DNA of 64,000 bases from Mobula hypostoma (Eukaryota): NCBI RefSeq assembly GCF_963921235.1, contig NC_086097.1, forward strand, positions 70,744,001-70,808,000, given 5' to 3'. Below the pieces are notes generated by a model. It was given only the letters and a program-made list of their open reading frames with translations, did no database searches and was not told the origin of the DNA. Below, piece by piece: positions 10,560 to 24,709 of the stretch; the stretch's first letter is position 1; each line of letters opens with the position of its first letter. The position numbers and the translations under genes are program-made.

Positions 10560-11050
10560 CTTGAGGGTCTAGAGGAGGTTCAGGAGAATGAATTCCACAA
10601 TGAAAAGGTTAATGCGTGAGTAGTGCTTTACGGCTCTGGGCCTCTCCTTGCTGGAGTTTAGAAGAATGGGGGCGGGGGGATCTCACTGAGTCCTGCCGAA
10701 TATTGAAAAGCCTAGATGGAGAGGATATTTCCCATAGTGGGCGAGTCTGGGACCAGAGGAGGACGTTTCAGAATAGCCTCAGGATAGGGGGATGTCCATT
10801 TAGGACAGATATAAGGAATTTCTTTAACCAGAGGGTAGTGAAACTATGGAGTTCATTGCCACGGGTGGCTGTGAAGGCCAACTCATTGAGTATATTTAAA
10901 GCAGAAGTGATTAGTCAGGGCATCAAAATTTATAGGGAGAAGACAGGAGAATGGGGTTGAGGGGTAACAAATCAGCTATGAAGGGATGGCAGATCAGACT
11001 CGACAGGACAAATGGGCTAATTCTGCTCTTATGTCTTATCATCGTATGCT
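10560..11050 (+). mobile_element. CR1 LINE 3' fragment
   Basis: ORF 10616-10960 (RNFFNQRVVKLWSSLP...IYREKTGEWG) followed by a CR1-type 3' UTR. Confidence 0.88.
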
Positions 11051-11377
11051 CTTAACATGGTCCAGGATTCTGCTGTGATGGACTGGATTCCATCCCCCAC
11101 TTTCTGCAGTCTTTTCCATTTCTGTGTATTGGTGTTTCCCTACCAGATTATGATGCAACCTGTAAGGATACTCTCCACTGTCTGTCTATTGAAGTTTGTC
11201 AGAGTTTTTCTTGACTTGCCGAGTCTAATCAAACTTCTAAGAAAGTAGAATTACCTTTCTTTGTAATTACGCTTAACGTGCTGGTGCCAGGACAGATCCT
11301 TTGATATGTTAACACAAAGTAATTTAAAACCACTGTTTGTCTAATGAGGACTGGTTCATGGACTCTTCCTCCTGTAG

Positions 11378-12765
11378 TTGAATTGAATTGACTTTATTAC
11401 TTACATCCTTCATATACATGAGTAAAAATCTTTACGTTACGTCTCTGTCTAAACCTGCAATGTGCAATTTATAGTAATTTATAATAAATATTATGTACAA
11501 GATAGTCAATATAACATAGAAATACGGTTGTGTCAGCATGAGTTAAGCAGTCTGATGGCCTGGTGGAAGAAGCTGTCCCGGAGCCTGTTGGTCCTGGCTT
11601 TTATGCTGTGGTACCGTTTCCCAGATGGTAGCAGCCGGAACAGTTTGTGGTTGGGGTGATTCGGGCCTCCAATGATCCTTTGGGCCCTTTTTACACACCT
11701 GTCTTTGTAAATGTCCTGAATAGCAGGAAGTTCACAACTACAGATGCTCTGTGCTGTCCGTACCACACTGCAGAATCCTGCGACTGAGGGAGGTACAGTT
11801 CCCATACCAGGCAGTGATGCAGCCAGTCAGGATGCTCTCAATCGTGTCCCTATAGAAAGTTCTTAGGATTTGGAGGCCTACACCAAACTCCTTCAACCGT
11901 ATGAGGTGAAATAGGCACAATTGTGGCTTTTTCACCACACAGCTGGTATATACAGCCCATGTGTGATCCTTGGTGATGTTTATGCTGAGGAACTTAAAGC
12001 TGTTCACCTTCTCAACCCCAGATCCATTGATGTCAATAGGGGCTAGCCTGTTTCCATTCTTCCTGTAATCCACAACCAGCTCTTTTGTTTTGCGACATTG
12101 GGGGAAGAGGTTGTTTTCTTGACACCACTGTGACAGGGTGAGTAATTTCTTCTCTGTTGGCTGCCTCATTATTATTTGAGATTAGGCCAATCAGTTTAGT
12201 GTTGTCAGCAAATTTAGTTAGTAGATTAGAGCTGTGGGTGGCAACACAGTCATGGGTATACAGAGAGTAAAGGAGGGGACTTAGCACACAGCCCTGATGG
12301 GCACCTGTGTTGAAGGTCGGGGGCAGAGGTGAGGGATCCCTCTCTTACCACCTGCTGGTGATCTGACTGGAAGTCCAGGATCCAGCTGCACAAGGCAGGG
12401 TGAAGGCCGAGGTATTGGAGCTTCTTATCGAGCCTGGAGGGAATTATGGTGTTGAATGCTGAACTGTAGTCCAAGAACAGCATTCTCACACAAGTATCCC
12501 TCTTCTCCGGATGTGTAAGGACAGTGTGTAGAGCTGTGGCTATTGCATCATCTGTCAATTGGTTGTGTCGGCAGGCGAATTGTAGGGGTCCAGTGTGGGT
12601 GGTAGCATGCTGCAGATGTAGTCCTTGACCAGCCTCTCAAAGCATTTGCTTATTATTGAGGGGAGTGTGACAGGATGCCAGTCGTTCGGACATTTGACCT
12701 TGGTCTTTTTAGATACAGGGACAATGGTGGATGTTTTGAAGCAGAGGGCACTCTACACTGGGAGA
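11378..12765 (-). mobile_element. Rex1/Babar-clade LINE, 5'-truncated, frameshifted
   Basis: ORFs with [28 protein letters not shown]...KFADNT, ESILTGCITAWYGNC, LLPSGKRY...DSFFHQAIRLLN. Tail (TCAAT)n at about 11378-11392. Confidence 0.92.
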
Positions 12766-13490
12766 TTATCACCTCTTTGGTTTTGCTGACATTGAGTGAG
12801 GGTTTGTTGTTGCCACTACTCAATCTCCCTCCTTTATGGTGATTTGTCACGACATGTGATTTGACCAACAACAGTAGTGTTGTCGGCAAACTTAAATATG
12901 GCCTTGGAACTGCACTTGGCCTCACATCCAGTGAGTAGAGCAGGGGGATAAGCACATACCCCTCTGCTGCACCCGTGCCGACGATGAACTTGGTGGGGAT
13001 TTGTTGCTCATCTGTACTAATGGGGGTCTGTTGCAGGGAGGTACCAAGGCCCAGACCATGGAGCTTAGTGATGACTTTCTAGGGGTGATACTGTTGAATC
13101 TGAGCTGCGGTCAATGAAGAGCTTCCTGATGTATGCATCTTTAATGTCCAGGTGTTCCAGAGTTATTGTGATTGTCGGCATATTAGAGTGGTTCCAGGTT
13201 GTTCCTCGGGGAAAAGTTGATAGGCATCATGACCAACCCCTCGAAACACTTCATCATGTGGATGTAAGTGCTACTGGGCAATAGTTGTTGAGGCAAGTTT
13301 TTAGTATGCGGCCTGATACACCGTTTGGGCCATATACTTTCAGTGGATTCACCTTCCTGAAGGATACTTTCTCATTGACCTCAGAAAAAGGATGGCTTTG
13401 GTTACAGATAGTAACATTTTGGTGGCAGCTCACACTATCTCCCTGATATTGAATTGTGTTATAACCACATCGCTGTCCCAAAGAAAATCT
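12766..13490 (-). mobile_element. Older Rex1/Babar LINE fragment
   Basis: FRKVNPLKVYGPNGVSGRILKTC..NYCPVALTST and PLLYSL...KPSLNVSKTKE remnants. Confidence 0.75.
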
Positions 13491-13502
13491 AGTACATAAG
13501 TT

Positions 13503-14355
13503 TTGAATGTTTGTTGTGGCATTCAGGTTCAGCTCCTGAAGGATCGCGTTGAGGCTCTGGAAAAGCAACTGGATGACACCAGGCTCATCGGCGAAACAGA
13601 GATTTTTCTGGACAGGACCTGCAGCAAGATTGTTACACTGAAGATATGGGAAGAGAGAAAGGGGGGCAACGATGAGGAAGGGATGGATGCTTGGAGTACA
13701 GGAGACCCCGGGGGATGTGCTTCTTGAAAACAGGTTCACCCTCTTGGAAGCTGTCGGGACAGAAGACAGTGCCGGTCTGAGAGGTGGACGGGTCTGCAAG
13801 TCAAAAATTGGTGCTGAAACAAAGCCGAGGAGACAGACGTCAGGCAGAGCCGTGGTAGTAGGGGACTCCATAGTGAGAGGTACAGTTAGGGGTATCTGTG
13901 GCAACAGGTGGGATTTAAGGATGGTGTGTTGCCTCCCTGGTGCCAGGATCCAGGACGTCACAGACCGATTACAGGGCATCCTCAAGGGAGAAGGTGATCA
14001 GCTGGAGGTGGTGGTGCATGTCAGCACAAATGTCGTCGGGAAGAAGATGAGAGACATTTTGCAGCGTGACTTCAGAGAACTCGAAAGAAGGCTGAAAAGC
14101 AGGACCTCCAGGGTGGTTATCTCCGGTTTGCTTCCAGTTCCTTGTGCTGGAGAGGACAGGAACAGGGAGATAGGGGATCTGAATGTGTGGCTGAGGAGCT
14201 GGTGCAGGAGGCAGGGATTTAGATTCTTGGACCACTGGGATCTGTTTTGGGGTAAGGATGAATTGTACAGAAGGGATGGGTTGCCCCTTAACAGACGGGG
14301 GACCAGCGTTCTGGCAGGCAGGTTTGCCACTGCTACACGGGTGTGTTTAAACTAA
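13503..14355 (+). pseudogene. CR1 ORF1 (coiled coil + SGNH/GDSL-type esterase domain), one frameshift
   Basis: QLLKDRVEALEKQLDD coiled coil; VVVGDSIVRG, CLPGARIQDV, VVHVSTNVVG, RDGLPLNRRG (His of the canonical DGLHL replaced by Pro). Confidence 0.88.
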
Positions 14356-14358
14356 GTA

Positions 14359-17353
14359 GTGGGGGGGGGGGAGGGGATGAACAGGAAATGTAAGAATGGA
14401 GCTAAAGGGAAAGAGAGAATAAGAAAAGTTAAGAAAGACAACAGAATTAAAGGGACAGAAAGCTCAGGAAGGGATCGGAGAGTATGGCCAAGTGCAATAG
14501 GAATTGATGTGAAGGGTGAGGGGAGTAAAAGTATTACTTTAAAAGGATTAAAAGTATTATTTATGAATGCACGGAGTATAAGAAATAGAGTGGATGAGCT
14601 TGAGGCTGAGTTGGAAATTGGCAAGTATGATGTTGTGGGAATAACAGAGACATGGCTGCAAGAGGACCAGGGCTGGGAAATGAATATTCAGGGGTATTCA
14701 TCCTATCGAAAGGACAGACAGGTTGGCAGAGGGGGTGGGGTGGCTCTGTTGATGAGGAATGAAATTCAGTCACTTGCGAGGGGGGTCATAGAATCAGGAG
14801 ATGTAGAGTCAGTATGGATAGAACTGAGAAACTGTAAGGGCAAAAAGACCCTGATGGGAGTTATCCACAGGCCCCCAAACAGTAGCCTGGATATAGGGTG
14901 CAAGTTAAATCAAGAGTTAAAATTGGCATGTCACAAAGGTAATTCTACGGTTGTTATGGGGGATTTCAACATGCAGGTAGACTGGAAAAATCAGGTTGGT
15001 ACTGGACCCCAAGAAAGGGAGTTTATGGAGTGCCTCCGAGATGGATTATTAGAGCAGCTTGTATTAGAGCCTACCAGGGAGAAGGCAATTCTGGATTTAG
15101 TGTTGTGTAATGAACAGGATTTGATAAGGGAACTCGAGGTAAAGGAGCCATTAGGAGGTAGTGACCGTAATATGATAGGTTTTAATCTACAATTTGAGAG
15201 GGAGAAGGGAAGAGAGGTAGTGTCAGTATTACAGTTGAATAAAGGGGACTATGGACCCATGAGGGAGGAACTGGCCAAAGTTGACTGGAAAGATACCCTA
15301 GCAGGGATGACAGTGGAACAGCAATGGCAGGTATTTCTGGGAACACCACAGAAGGTGCAGGATCAGTTCATTCCAAAGAGGAAGAAAGATTCTAAGGGGA
15401 GTAAGGAGCGACCGTGGCTGACAAAGGAAGTCAAGGACAGTATAAAAATAAAAGAGAGGAATTATAACATAGCAAGGATGAGCGGGAAGCCAGAGGATTG
15501 GGAGACTTTTAAGGAGCAACAGAAGATAACTAAAGAGGCAATACAGGGGGAAAAGATGAGGTACGAAGGTAAGCTAGCGAAGAATATAATGGAGGATAGT
15601 AAAAGCTTCTTTAGGTATGTGAAGAGGAAAAAATTAGTTAAGACCAAAGTTGGCCCTTGAAGACAGAAACAGGTGAAATTATTATGGGGAACAAGGAAAT
15701 GGCAGACGAGCTGAACAGGTGCTTTGGATCTGTCTTCACTAGGGAAGACACAATCTCCCAGATGTAATAGTGGCCAAAGGGCCTAGGGTAACAGAGGAAC
15801 TGAAGGAAATTCGCATCAGGCAGACAATGGTGTTGGGTATACTGATGGGACTGAAGGCTGATAAATCCCCAGGGCCTGATGGTCTGCATCCCAGGGTACT
15901 TAAGGAGGTGGCTCTAGAAATCGTGGACGCATTAGTAATCATTTTCCAATGTTCTATAGATTCAGGATCAGTTCCTGCGAATTGGAGAGTAGCTAATGTT
16001 ATCCCACTTTTTAAGAAAGGAGAGAGGGAGAAAATAGGCAATTAGAGACCAGTTAGTTTGACATCTGTGGTGGGGAAGATGCTGGAATCAATGATAAAAG
16101 ATGAAATAGGGGCATATTTGGATAGCAGTGGCAGGATAGGTCCGAGTCAGCATGGACTTACGAAGGGGAAATCATGCTTGACTAATCTTCTGGAATTTTT
16201 TGAGAATGTAGCTGTGAAAATGGACCTGGGAAAGCTAGTGGATGTAGTGTACCTGGACTTTAAGAAAGCCTTTGATTAAGGTCCCACATAGGAGGTTATT
16301 GTGCAAAATTAGAGCAAATGGTATTGGGGGTAGGGTACTGACATGGTTAGAAAATTGGTTGGCAGACAGGAAACAAAGAGTAGGGATTAATCGGTCCTTT
16401 TCAGAATGGCAGGCAGTGACTGGTGGGGTACCGCAAGGCTCGGTGCTGGGACTGCAGCTATTTACAATATACATTAATGATTTAGATGAAGGGATTAAAA
16501 GTAACATTAGCAAATTTGCAGATGGCACAAAGCTGGGTGGAAGTGTGAAATGTGAGGAGGATGTTATGAGAATGCAGGGTGACTTGGACAGGTTGGGTGA
16601 GTGGGCAGATGCATGGCAGATGCGGTTTAATGTGGATAAATGTGAGGTTATCCACTTTGGTGGAAAGAACAGGAAGGTAGATTACTATCTGAATGGTGTC
16701 AAGTTAGGAAAAGGGGAAGTACAATGAGATCTAGGTGTCCTTGTTCATCAGTCACTGAAAGTAAGCATGCTGGTACAGCAGGCAGTGAAGAAAGCTAATG
16801 GCATGTTGGCCTTCATAACAAGGGGAGTTGAGTATAGGAGCAAAGAGGTCCTTCTGCAGTTTACAGGGCCCTGGTGAGACCACAGCTGGAGTATTGTGTA
16901 CAGTTTTGGTCTCCAAATTTGAGGAAGGACATTCTAGCTATTGAGGGAGTACAGCATAGGTTCACGAGGTTAATTCCCGGGATGGCGGGACTGTCATATG
17001 TTGAAAGATTGGAGCGACTGGGGTTGTATACAGTGGAATTTAGAAGGATGAGAGGGGATCTGATTAAAACATATAAGATTATTAAGGGATTGGACACGTT
17101 AGAGGCAGGAAACATGTTCCTGATGTTGGGGGAGTCTAGAACCAGAGGCCACAATTTAAGAATAAGGAGTAGACAATTTAGAACCGAGTTGAGGAAAAAC
17201 TTTTTCACACAGAGGGTTGTGGTTCTGTGGAATGCTCTGCCTCAGAAGGCAGTGGAGGCCAATTCTCTGGACTCTTTCAAGAAAGAGTTAGATAGAGCTC
17301 TTAAAGATAGCGGAGTGAAGGGATATGGGGAGAAGGCAGGAAAAGGGTACTGA
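14359..17353 (+). pseudogene. CR1 ORF2 (AP endonuclease + reverse transcriptase), split by frameshifts and stops
   Basis: MNARSI, GITETW, MGDFN, ILDLVL (APE). SPGPDG, YLDFKKAFD, GVPQGSVLG, KFADGT (RT). Confidence 0.95.
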
Positions 17354-18459
17354 TTGTGGATGATCAGCCGTGATCACAGTGAATGGTGGTGCTGGCTTGA
17401 AGGGCTGAATGGCCTACTCCTGCATCTATTATCTATTGTTCTGTAGGGTAAAGATGGTTTCTGTTAGAAAATGCATCATTAATCATTTAAAATATAGTCA
17501 TAGCAGCTGTTCTGTATGTTATACAAGATTATGTACCATCGTATGTAAAGTTGCCATTAGGCATTTTAGTTACTAGCAACAGGAGAAGTAGCAAAGTGCA
17601 TAGAACTTAAAATGTTCAATTGAAATAATTATAGATAGAATTCATGAATAACCTCTGAACATCAATTAACTAGATAACATGAATGGGTTTTGAATATATT
17701 GATTAATGGACTAATGAATGTAAACAACTAGAGTGATGTGTTAAACATTGTTCTTTAATTTTATAAATACGGTGAATTTATAAAATTCACCTTGAGATAT
17801 TCTAAATATTAAAATAAAACAATATAATTCTTTGATGAAAACTTTCAATAGACCAGCCATGTAAATAATGTAGTAACAAGAGCAGACAGAAGCTTGTTAT
17901 CCTCTGGACATCCCAAAGATCAAGGCACAAGCCAGGATTATCATTAACTTTTCAAAATGAATTGGCCTCTGTGTTATCAGCATTATTATTTGCAATAAGA
18001 CTTCCACTTAATTATGTAAGCTGTACTTAATTATGTAATGCTAAACTGGTTTGACATGTGGGCTGAAATGTGGCAAGTGGAGATGGTGATAGTTTAACCA
18101 TAGCATGGGTAGTACTACATGACAGCTAATTTCAATTTAAAGCCACAAACAATAGAAATTTAGGAATAACTGGTTGGACAAAAAAGACCTCTATATCATC
18201 TAATTGATATCAAAATGTTCTAGATTATTATGCCTTATGCCACACTGCATTTGTATAGAGGAATTGTATCTGTAATGTCATTTTACAAATGTGCCATGAT
18301 AAATCATCATTTCACCAAATTCTGATTTTATACGCTAAATTTTGTAAATGAAGGCCAGCCTTTGTATTTTAAATGCAAAGTTACAAGGTTAGAATCTGGT
18401 CACTTCCAGCTTGTTTTGGCTTGGCTTAAATATTTATAATTGCCTCGTGCTTTCCATTA

Positions 18460-18790
18460 GAGTTATACAGAGATACAGCATGGAAACAAACTCTTCACCC
18501 TACCAAATCCACGTTAATCATCAACTTCCCATTTTTATACTAAGCTAACCCATTTTGTCCTCAACATGCTGCCATCAACTCCTCCCCAGATACTAACCCT
18601 CAGCTACAAGTGTCCAATTACACAATCAGCCTCTGCCTTTTTGGATTGTGGGAGGAATCCGCGGCATCTGGGAGAATCTAGTAGGCCACTGGGAGAACAG
18701 GCAAACTCCAGATGGATAGAACCACAGGTCAGGATTGTACCCAGTTCGCAGGAGTTGTGAGGCAGCAGCTCTATCAGCTACCTCACTGTT
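18460..18790 (-). mobile_element. tRNA-derived SINE (HE1/V-SINE-like), decayed
   Basis: tRNA-like head on the minus strand (ACAGTGAGGTAGCTGATAGAGCTGCTGCCTCACAACTCC...ACAATCCTGACC), GGAGTTTGC core, CR1-like tail. Confidence 0.65.
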
Positions 18791-20559
18791 CTGGCCTCCA
18801 CAGAATATCCAAAATGTAATCTCTCTTTAAAGAGTGCCGAATTGTGCCTAGTGCCTTTGTGTGAAGGAAACCAGATCTTTGTCGCGCACAGAAGTATTTT
18901 ATAAAAAGTTTGTTTTTAAGAGCCCAGCGGACTTTTGTGTAAGCTTTCAAGGGTAAATCCTTGTGCAGCATAAGTTGTAATCAAAGAGTCAGTATGAGTG
19001 ATTTTATCAAAGTTCACCTCCCCCACTTTAAATAAATAAACCAAGCAATCCTCTGCTTTTGCCTTTGGTGGCCCACATTACTTGTCACTGTCACTATATT
19101 GCCTTCATTAGGGAGGGATTGTGTAGGTTGGCGACTGATGTTTCCATGGCTGCATTGTGTCACTTTGCATATTTATCCTTGTCTTTTTTCTGAGATGCAC
19201 TGTACAGCAGCTGCATAGTATTGCACCTCATAAAATTTGGGAGAACTCCTTGTTGCGTGTAATTTGGACCAAATGCCAATTAAGTTTCAACTTTTGTCCT
19301 GTGACTGAATGAAGGAGTTTGTATATTTAACATTTGTGATGGAACTAATGAGGAAAAATATTCTTTAACATATAAAATATTGCAATTCGCAGGAGAAAGA
19401 AATATGATAAAATGGAACACACTAATGAAAAAGCAGCCTTGGTCAAAATCCACTGAAGTGGTCATCCTGAATATTTATGCAGTTAGAGTTGTAGGCAGAC
19501 ATGGGCACTTCCTCTCCACTATTTTCCAGTAGTGGACAAAGGCACACTGTGAGTAAAGGCTGGTAACGTAATGCTGAAGTAATGGGTGATTCAGATTTTC
19601 CACATGGGGGCTGGGCAAGGGTAGGTCAAGTTACAGGAATGTGGTGAAAGCGGGAGATAGAAAAAAGATGTTCGAAATGGGCAGCCCACTAGAGCAACAT
19701 CTTATCGTCACTCCAGACAATCGTCCTCACTGTTTCAATCTTTGCAGCTAAATGAGTTGATTTAATGTTGTTTTGAAAATGTGATGCTGAATTTGACTTA
19801 TAGTACAGTTGCTTTGCAAACCAGGATCCTGTACTATTCCAGTTGAAAAGATTAGTGACATGCTACTTCAAAAAATGTCAAACATTTCAAATGTTTGATT
19901 TCTCACACCTGTGGAAGAACACTGCAATCATTCTTTCTGCCCAGGAACTGTCTGTTTAAATAAGAGGTGGGATATTACTGAAGTGCTGCAGAGATAAACT
20001 GGATAGATGTGCAGGCATGCATCACAGGCCCAACAAAAATGAAAATAAATGAAATCATGCAAATCGCATAAAAACTTTAAACTTTATAAGTACATGCTTT
20101 GCAAGTATAAGCAATGTTAGCTGGATCTGCATAATAAGGATTGTATTTTGTAAATTATATTTGCATTTGTCAAACATGTGATGGATTAAAATTGAACTAT
20201 CAGCTTCGGCAATATCTACCACTATGTTTGAAATAGTTCACCACTTGACTATCCAAATTACATTACCACCTAGTAGTTGTAAATTGTTACGCTGGATTTT
20301 GGTCCATTTTCCTGGATGTGTAAAGCTCCACCTCTCAGGGAAATGAATACCATTTAAGTCAAAGTTTAAATCACACCCCACTTTAACATTTACTCTCTAC
20401 ATCACCAGTGTACAGTGGTTTTAGAGTATGCTGACTGGAAGACATATTGTTCCAGCTTGGCCAGCATCTTCAGTACCATTTACCAAATCAGCAACCTAGG
20501 CACTCAAAGGGATGTGGGAACACAAGTTCTTCAAGTTTGATAGAATAAAAACTTAAAAA

Positions 20560-21170
20560 AAAACTGCAGATGCTGGAAATTTAAAATGGGGGGAAAAAAG
20601 TGCTGGAAAAGGCTGCATCTATGGCAGGATCAATGAGCTGATGTTACAAATCAAAACTGAGAAGGAGGCAAAATAAGCTGCAGGGAGGTAGGGGATGGGA
20701 GATTTCTGTGATGGGGTAAAACCAGGTTGATCATGGAGTTAAACTGTAAACAAGACTATATGGCCAATGAATGAATGGGAATTGGAGAGTGACAATGTAG
20801 ATAAAAGAACACAAGAGTTGCAAAATGTAGAACAAGAAAGCATGGCCAGCAGTAAGGCTGAGCGCGAATCTTCTGCCCCAGAGGAGATAAGAGGAATAAA
20901 TGGGGGAAAAAGAAACAGGCGAGCCACTTTCACAGGTGGGTGACTGATACGGATAGAGAAATCAACTTATCTGAAGTTGTAGAAATCAGTCCTGAGTTCA
21001 GAGGGAAGTTGAGGTGCTGATCCATCAAACTTTTGGTGGGCCTCATAGTAACAGTTCAAGAGGCCCAGTCAGGTCAGAGTGTGAGTGGATGGAGAATCAG
21101 AGTGTCATCAACAGGGAGCTGATAGTCAGCCAATGGAATACACTCTGCTAAGTGGCTATCCAGTCAGCTC
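20560..21170 (-). mobile_element. Old Penelope 3' remnant
   Basis: Starts with the CTGCAGATGCTGGAAAT pLTR end, followed by a purine-rich tract and degenerate GIY-YIG tail similar to 60600-61200. Confidence 0.6.
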
Positions 21171-22669
21171 TCAGTTCTTTAATTTCCATTTGCTATGGCA
21201 ATATAATCCTTCATTGCAATTTGGTTAAAATCTTAGAACTTCCCACCCAGTAAAGAATACATCACAACATGGACTCCATTTATAGGTAGTTGAAGAATGG
21301 GGCTTACCACCATCTTCTCAAAGGCAATTAGACTAGCAATAAGTGCTGACTTTGGGAGTACTGTTCATATCCTATAAAGTACATTGATGCTTTAATTGCT
21401 TCATTGCCCAAATACAGCATTGTACATTAATGAATTGCTCAATCCTGATTCCATCTGGCTAGATTTACTGGAACTCTGTACTGGTAGCAGTTGTGCCAAA
21501 TAAACAGGCTCCTCAAAGTTTTTGACAGAACTGCACATGATTCATAGCATTTGGACAAGTGGAAGAGCATCAGTGCTGCAAAAATGACCATGGATAGGCA
21601 TTTGAAAGTTACAGAGATCCCCTGTGTCTTTTGGGTATGCGGGAGGTTTGGGAAAGGATTTCTCTGTTCATGGGGGGGGGGGTGATCCTTGCATCAGACT
21701 GTGCTCTTACACAAGTGTTCATAGACATATAACTTGAATGAGGACTATAGCGGTAGACAATAGCCCAATTAATTGTTGGGGAAGTGTTAGGGGTGTTTGA
21801 GCAAATGTGGTTGGGAGTGTAGAGGAGTCTATCTTCAACCTTCTACATTGATCCATACTGTGATGGGAGCACACCATTTCCATTCTGGCACTCATTTCCC
21901 TGCCAGCCTCTCTCAACACTTCCACAATGCAGTGGTTGAATGGAGCAAATCTCCTTTTCCAGTGTACACAGGCCAAGTTCAGCAGGTCTCAGTAGCGTCT
22001 CGAGCTGCTTTAGTTAGAACTCTGCTTACTGTTGCTGGTGAGCAGATTGCTGTTCGCAAGACAGAGGTTCCACCTTGGAACAAATTGACGACATTTGGGA
22101 GCAAACACGTGTTTAGCAAGGAGGGAAAACTGACAATAGGAGCACACTGTTTGGAAGCAGACTCCTGCCTTGCCAGCAGAAATCCAGTGGGTTTGATGGT
22201 AGCTACACCATCTGGCTCACAACAGACATCCAGCTTATTGTCTGTTGGGTCCTGCTAGAGTTCGGCTGGCGATGTTGAAAGCTGCTCTGTCTTAGGGCAC
22301 AGTCATTTCTTCTCTTTCAACTCGGCAGAGAATCTTTTCAATGGCAGGAGACCAGTCCTTACACCTGTGGAGTTGGTCTTGTTCATTTCACATATTTATG
22401 GTGCCTTAAGTTGTATATACGTGGTTCATTTCAGTGCAGTGGGGTCATAGTTAGTCTTCTCTGGCAATCTTTGTCACATCATGATGTGAATGAACGCTGT
22501 TATAGGTCTGGATTTGCAAAGTCCATTCAAAGATAAATTAATGTACTTTACACGTTATTTACACTATTGGGGTGCTGTCAGCATTGGTATTGTGCCAGTA
22601 GTTCTGTGTAGTTCATTCATTCAGAGACCAGGTCATTCACAGGTGAGGCCGGCTGGAGTTTAACCTGGC

Positions 22670-23445
22670 CAAACGTAAAGTGTTGCACCTTGGTAGGTTG
22701 AATTTAAAGAGACGGTACGTTGTTAAGGGCATGCCCCTTAATGGTGTTGATGAGCAGAGGGACCTTGGTGTTCAAGTTGATAGCTCTCTGGATATGGCTA
22801 CACAGGTTGACAGGGTGGTTAAGTCATATAGCATGCTTGCTTTTATTAGTTAAGGAACTGAGTTCAAAAGTTGGGAAGTTATGTTGCAGCTTTATAAAAC
22901 TCTAGTTGGGCTGCATCTGGATTACTGCATACAGTTCTGGTTGCCCCATTATAGGAACAATGTCGAGGCTTTGGAGAGGGTGCAGAAGAGGTTTACTCGA
23001 ATGCTGCCTGGATTCAAGCACGTGCTATAATGCGAGTTTGGGCAAACATGAGTTGTTTTCTTTGCAGCGGCAGAAGCTGAGGGGAGATCTGATAGAGGCT
23101 TATACGATTATGAGAGGCATAGATAGAGTAGACAGACAATATCTTTTTCCGAGGGTTAAAATGTCTATTACCAGAGGGCACACCTTTGAGGTGAGAGCGG
23201 GTAATTTCAAAAGCGATTTCAGGGGCAAGTTTTTGACACAGAGAGTGGTGGCTGCCAGGAATGCGCAGCCTAGGATGGTGGTAGAGACAGATATATTAGG
23301 GACTTTTAACAGACATTTAGATGAGCACTTGAATGTGAGGAAAATGGAAGGATATGGACATTGTGCAGGTAGAAGGGATTAGTTTAGTTGGTCATTTGAT
23401 TACAGCACAACATTGTTAGCTGAAGGGCCTGTACTGTTCTATAAT
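22670..23445 (+). mobile_element. CR1 LINE 3' fragment
   Basis: ORF 22906-23382 (LRGDLIEAYTIMRGIDRVD...TRGH...FLTQRVV). Confidence 0.9.
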
Positions 23446-23594
23446 CCAAAAGAGATTTCTTGAAATGCCTGCCTCAATAGGAAGTTTGTTAGCTACCTAG
23501 TTTCTCAGTTAATTTCTTTGAAGCCCAAGACTGTGCCTCCTGAGCAGATCAAGTAGTATGATGTGCTGAAAGGGTAGTAACACATTATGAAATT

Positions 23595-23720
23595 AACAAT
23601 TTGCAGATAGTAGAAATCTGAAATTAAAACAGAAAACACTCAGAACGTCAGCCAACATCTGTGGAGAAGAAGTAATTTGATGTTTCAGGTCAATAATTTC
23701 ATCAGAACTAGAAAGTTAGA
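23595..23720 (-). mobile_element. Old Penelope pLTR fragment with a degenerate hammerhead core
   Basis: Minus strand GTT CTGATGA AATTATTGACCT GAAACATC. Confidence 0.55.
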
Positions 23721-24139
23721 AATCAAAAAGGAATAGCTGTGATGGAAGACTAGCAAGTGAAGCTGAATAGTCAAAGTACCGGTACGAATTGAGAGTGGGT
23801 GGCAAAGGCTTGTTTATTGCAGCCGAACTGCTTGGAGGAAATGAAAACAGAAAGAGAAAAGTGAGACCAGGAGAGAGAATAAACACAATGCATGAACTGG
23901 GAGATCTAAATCTCTGCAGGTAAGGAAATCTAAGTACCAGAGGATGCTGGGCATCCTCATCGGGGCAGACAACATGGTGTGGTTCCAGGGAAAGGCCAGC
24001 TGTGAACACAGTCTGCATTGTGATAGACTAGCAAATTATCTGGTCCAAAAATATGGCCCACTTTCTCCTGCCAGCATTTTGAATAATGTTGCACTCATAA
24101 TGAAGCTGGCTTTTGTATGTTTTCATATTTTTCTTATGG

Positions 24140-24420
24140 CATAGAGGGAGGTCATTAACCCTGTAACTGGCTCTAAGAGCAACCTCATCCATCTCATTTC
24201 CAAATTTATTTCATTGCCCAGCAGTTTCACCCTAATTCTCCGACAACACACCTATACCGTTTACACCAACCAGTTAACCTCTTTGGAGGTGGAAGGAAAC
24301 TGGGGCACGTGGGGAACCTACCAGAGAGAATGTGCAAACTCTACATGACAGCACTGGACCTTGGAATTAAACCCATATCACTGGAACTGTGAGTCAGCAG
24401 CACTACCTGCAGCACCCTAG
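24140..24420 (-). mobile_element. tRNA-derived SINE (HE1-like), decayed
   Basis: GAGAATGTGCAAACTC core and tRNA-like head, shared with the copies at 18460 and 50430. Confidence 0.6.
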
Positions 24421-24605
24421 GTGCACTATGTGACCAGAAGTTTCCAGAAAAAGCATCCCAAACTGCACACTTTTCAATGAATACTCCAGAAAAGATCAGT
24501 TTTCCATTCTGTTTTGCTGAGAGATATTTCTTCTGGACATACCTATCACAGGCATCTCAGAATCTCCGAGTGTCATTGCAGAAGAAAAGCCATCTTGCCT
24601 CTAAA

Positions 24606-24709
24606 GCAACACACACAAAATGCTGGAGGGACTCAGCAGGTCAGATGAGTTCTCCCAGCATTTTGTGTATGTTGCATTGGACTGCCAGCATCTGCTGATT
24701 TTCTCGTGT
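24606..24709. mobile_element. Collapsed palindromic Penelope-derived micro-element
   Basis: GCAACACACACAAAATGCTGGAGGGACTCA...TGAGTTCTCCCAGCATTTTGTGTATGTTGC hairpin. Perfect 11-bp TSD TTGCCTCTAAA at 24595-24605 and 24710-24720. Confidence 0.85.

Larger units (their letters stand above)
13500..17440 (+). mobile_element. Near full-length CR1 LINE (ORF1 esterase + ORF2 APE/RT), disrupted
   Basis: Continuous run of ORF1 and ORF2 fragments, 3' UTR and a (CTATT)-like tail. Confidence 0.96.

Noticed and set aside
13254..14330. Long minus-strand ORFs (243 aa, 110 aa) and similar antisense ORFs over other LINEs, e.g. 62779-63447
   Set aside because: Shadow or off-frame ORFs of CR1, Rex1 and Penelope coding sequence that run across element junctions.
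20739..20933. Glu/Lys-rich reading on the + strand suggesting a host exon
   Set aside because: Lies in the purine-rich tract of an old Penelope remnant and has no splice signals.
21797..22258. 153-aa ORF in non-repeat sequence, and a possible minus-strand terminal exon at ~22290-22366
   Set aside because: Non-ATG start, no recognisable motif, no convincing polypyrimidine tract. It could be a UTR or conserved element, but that is unsupported.
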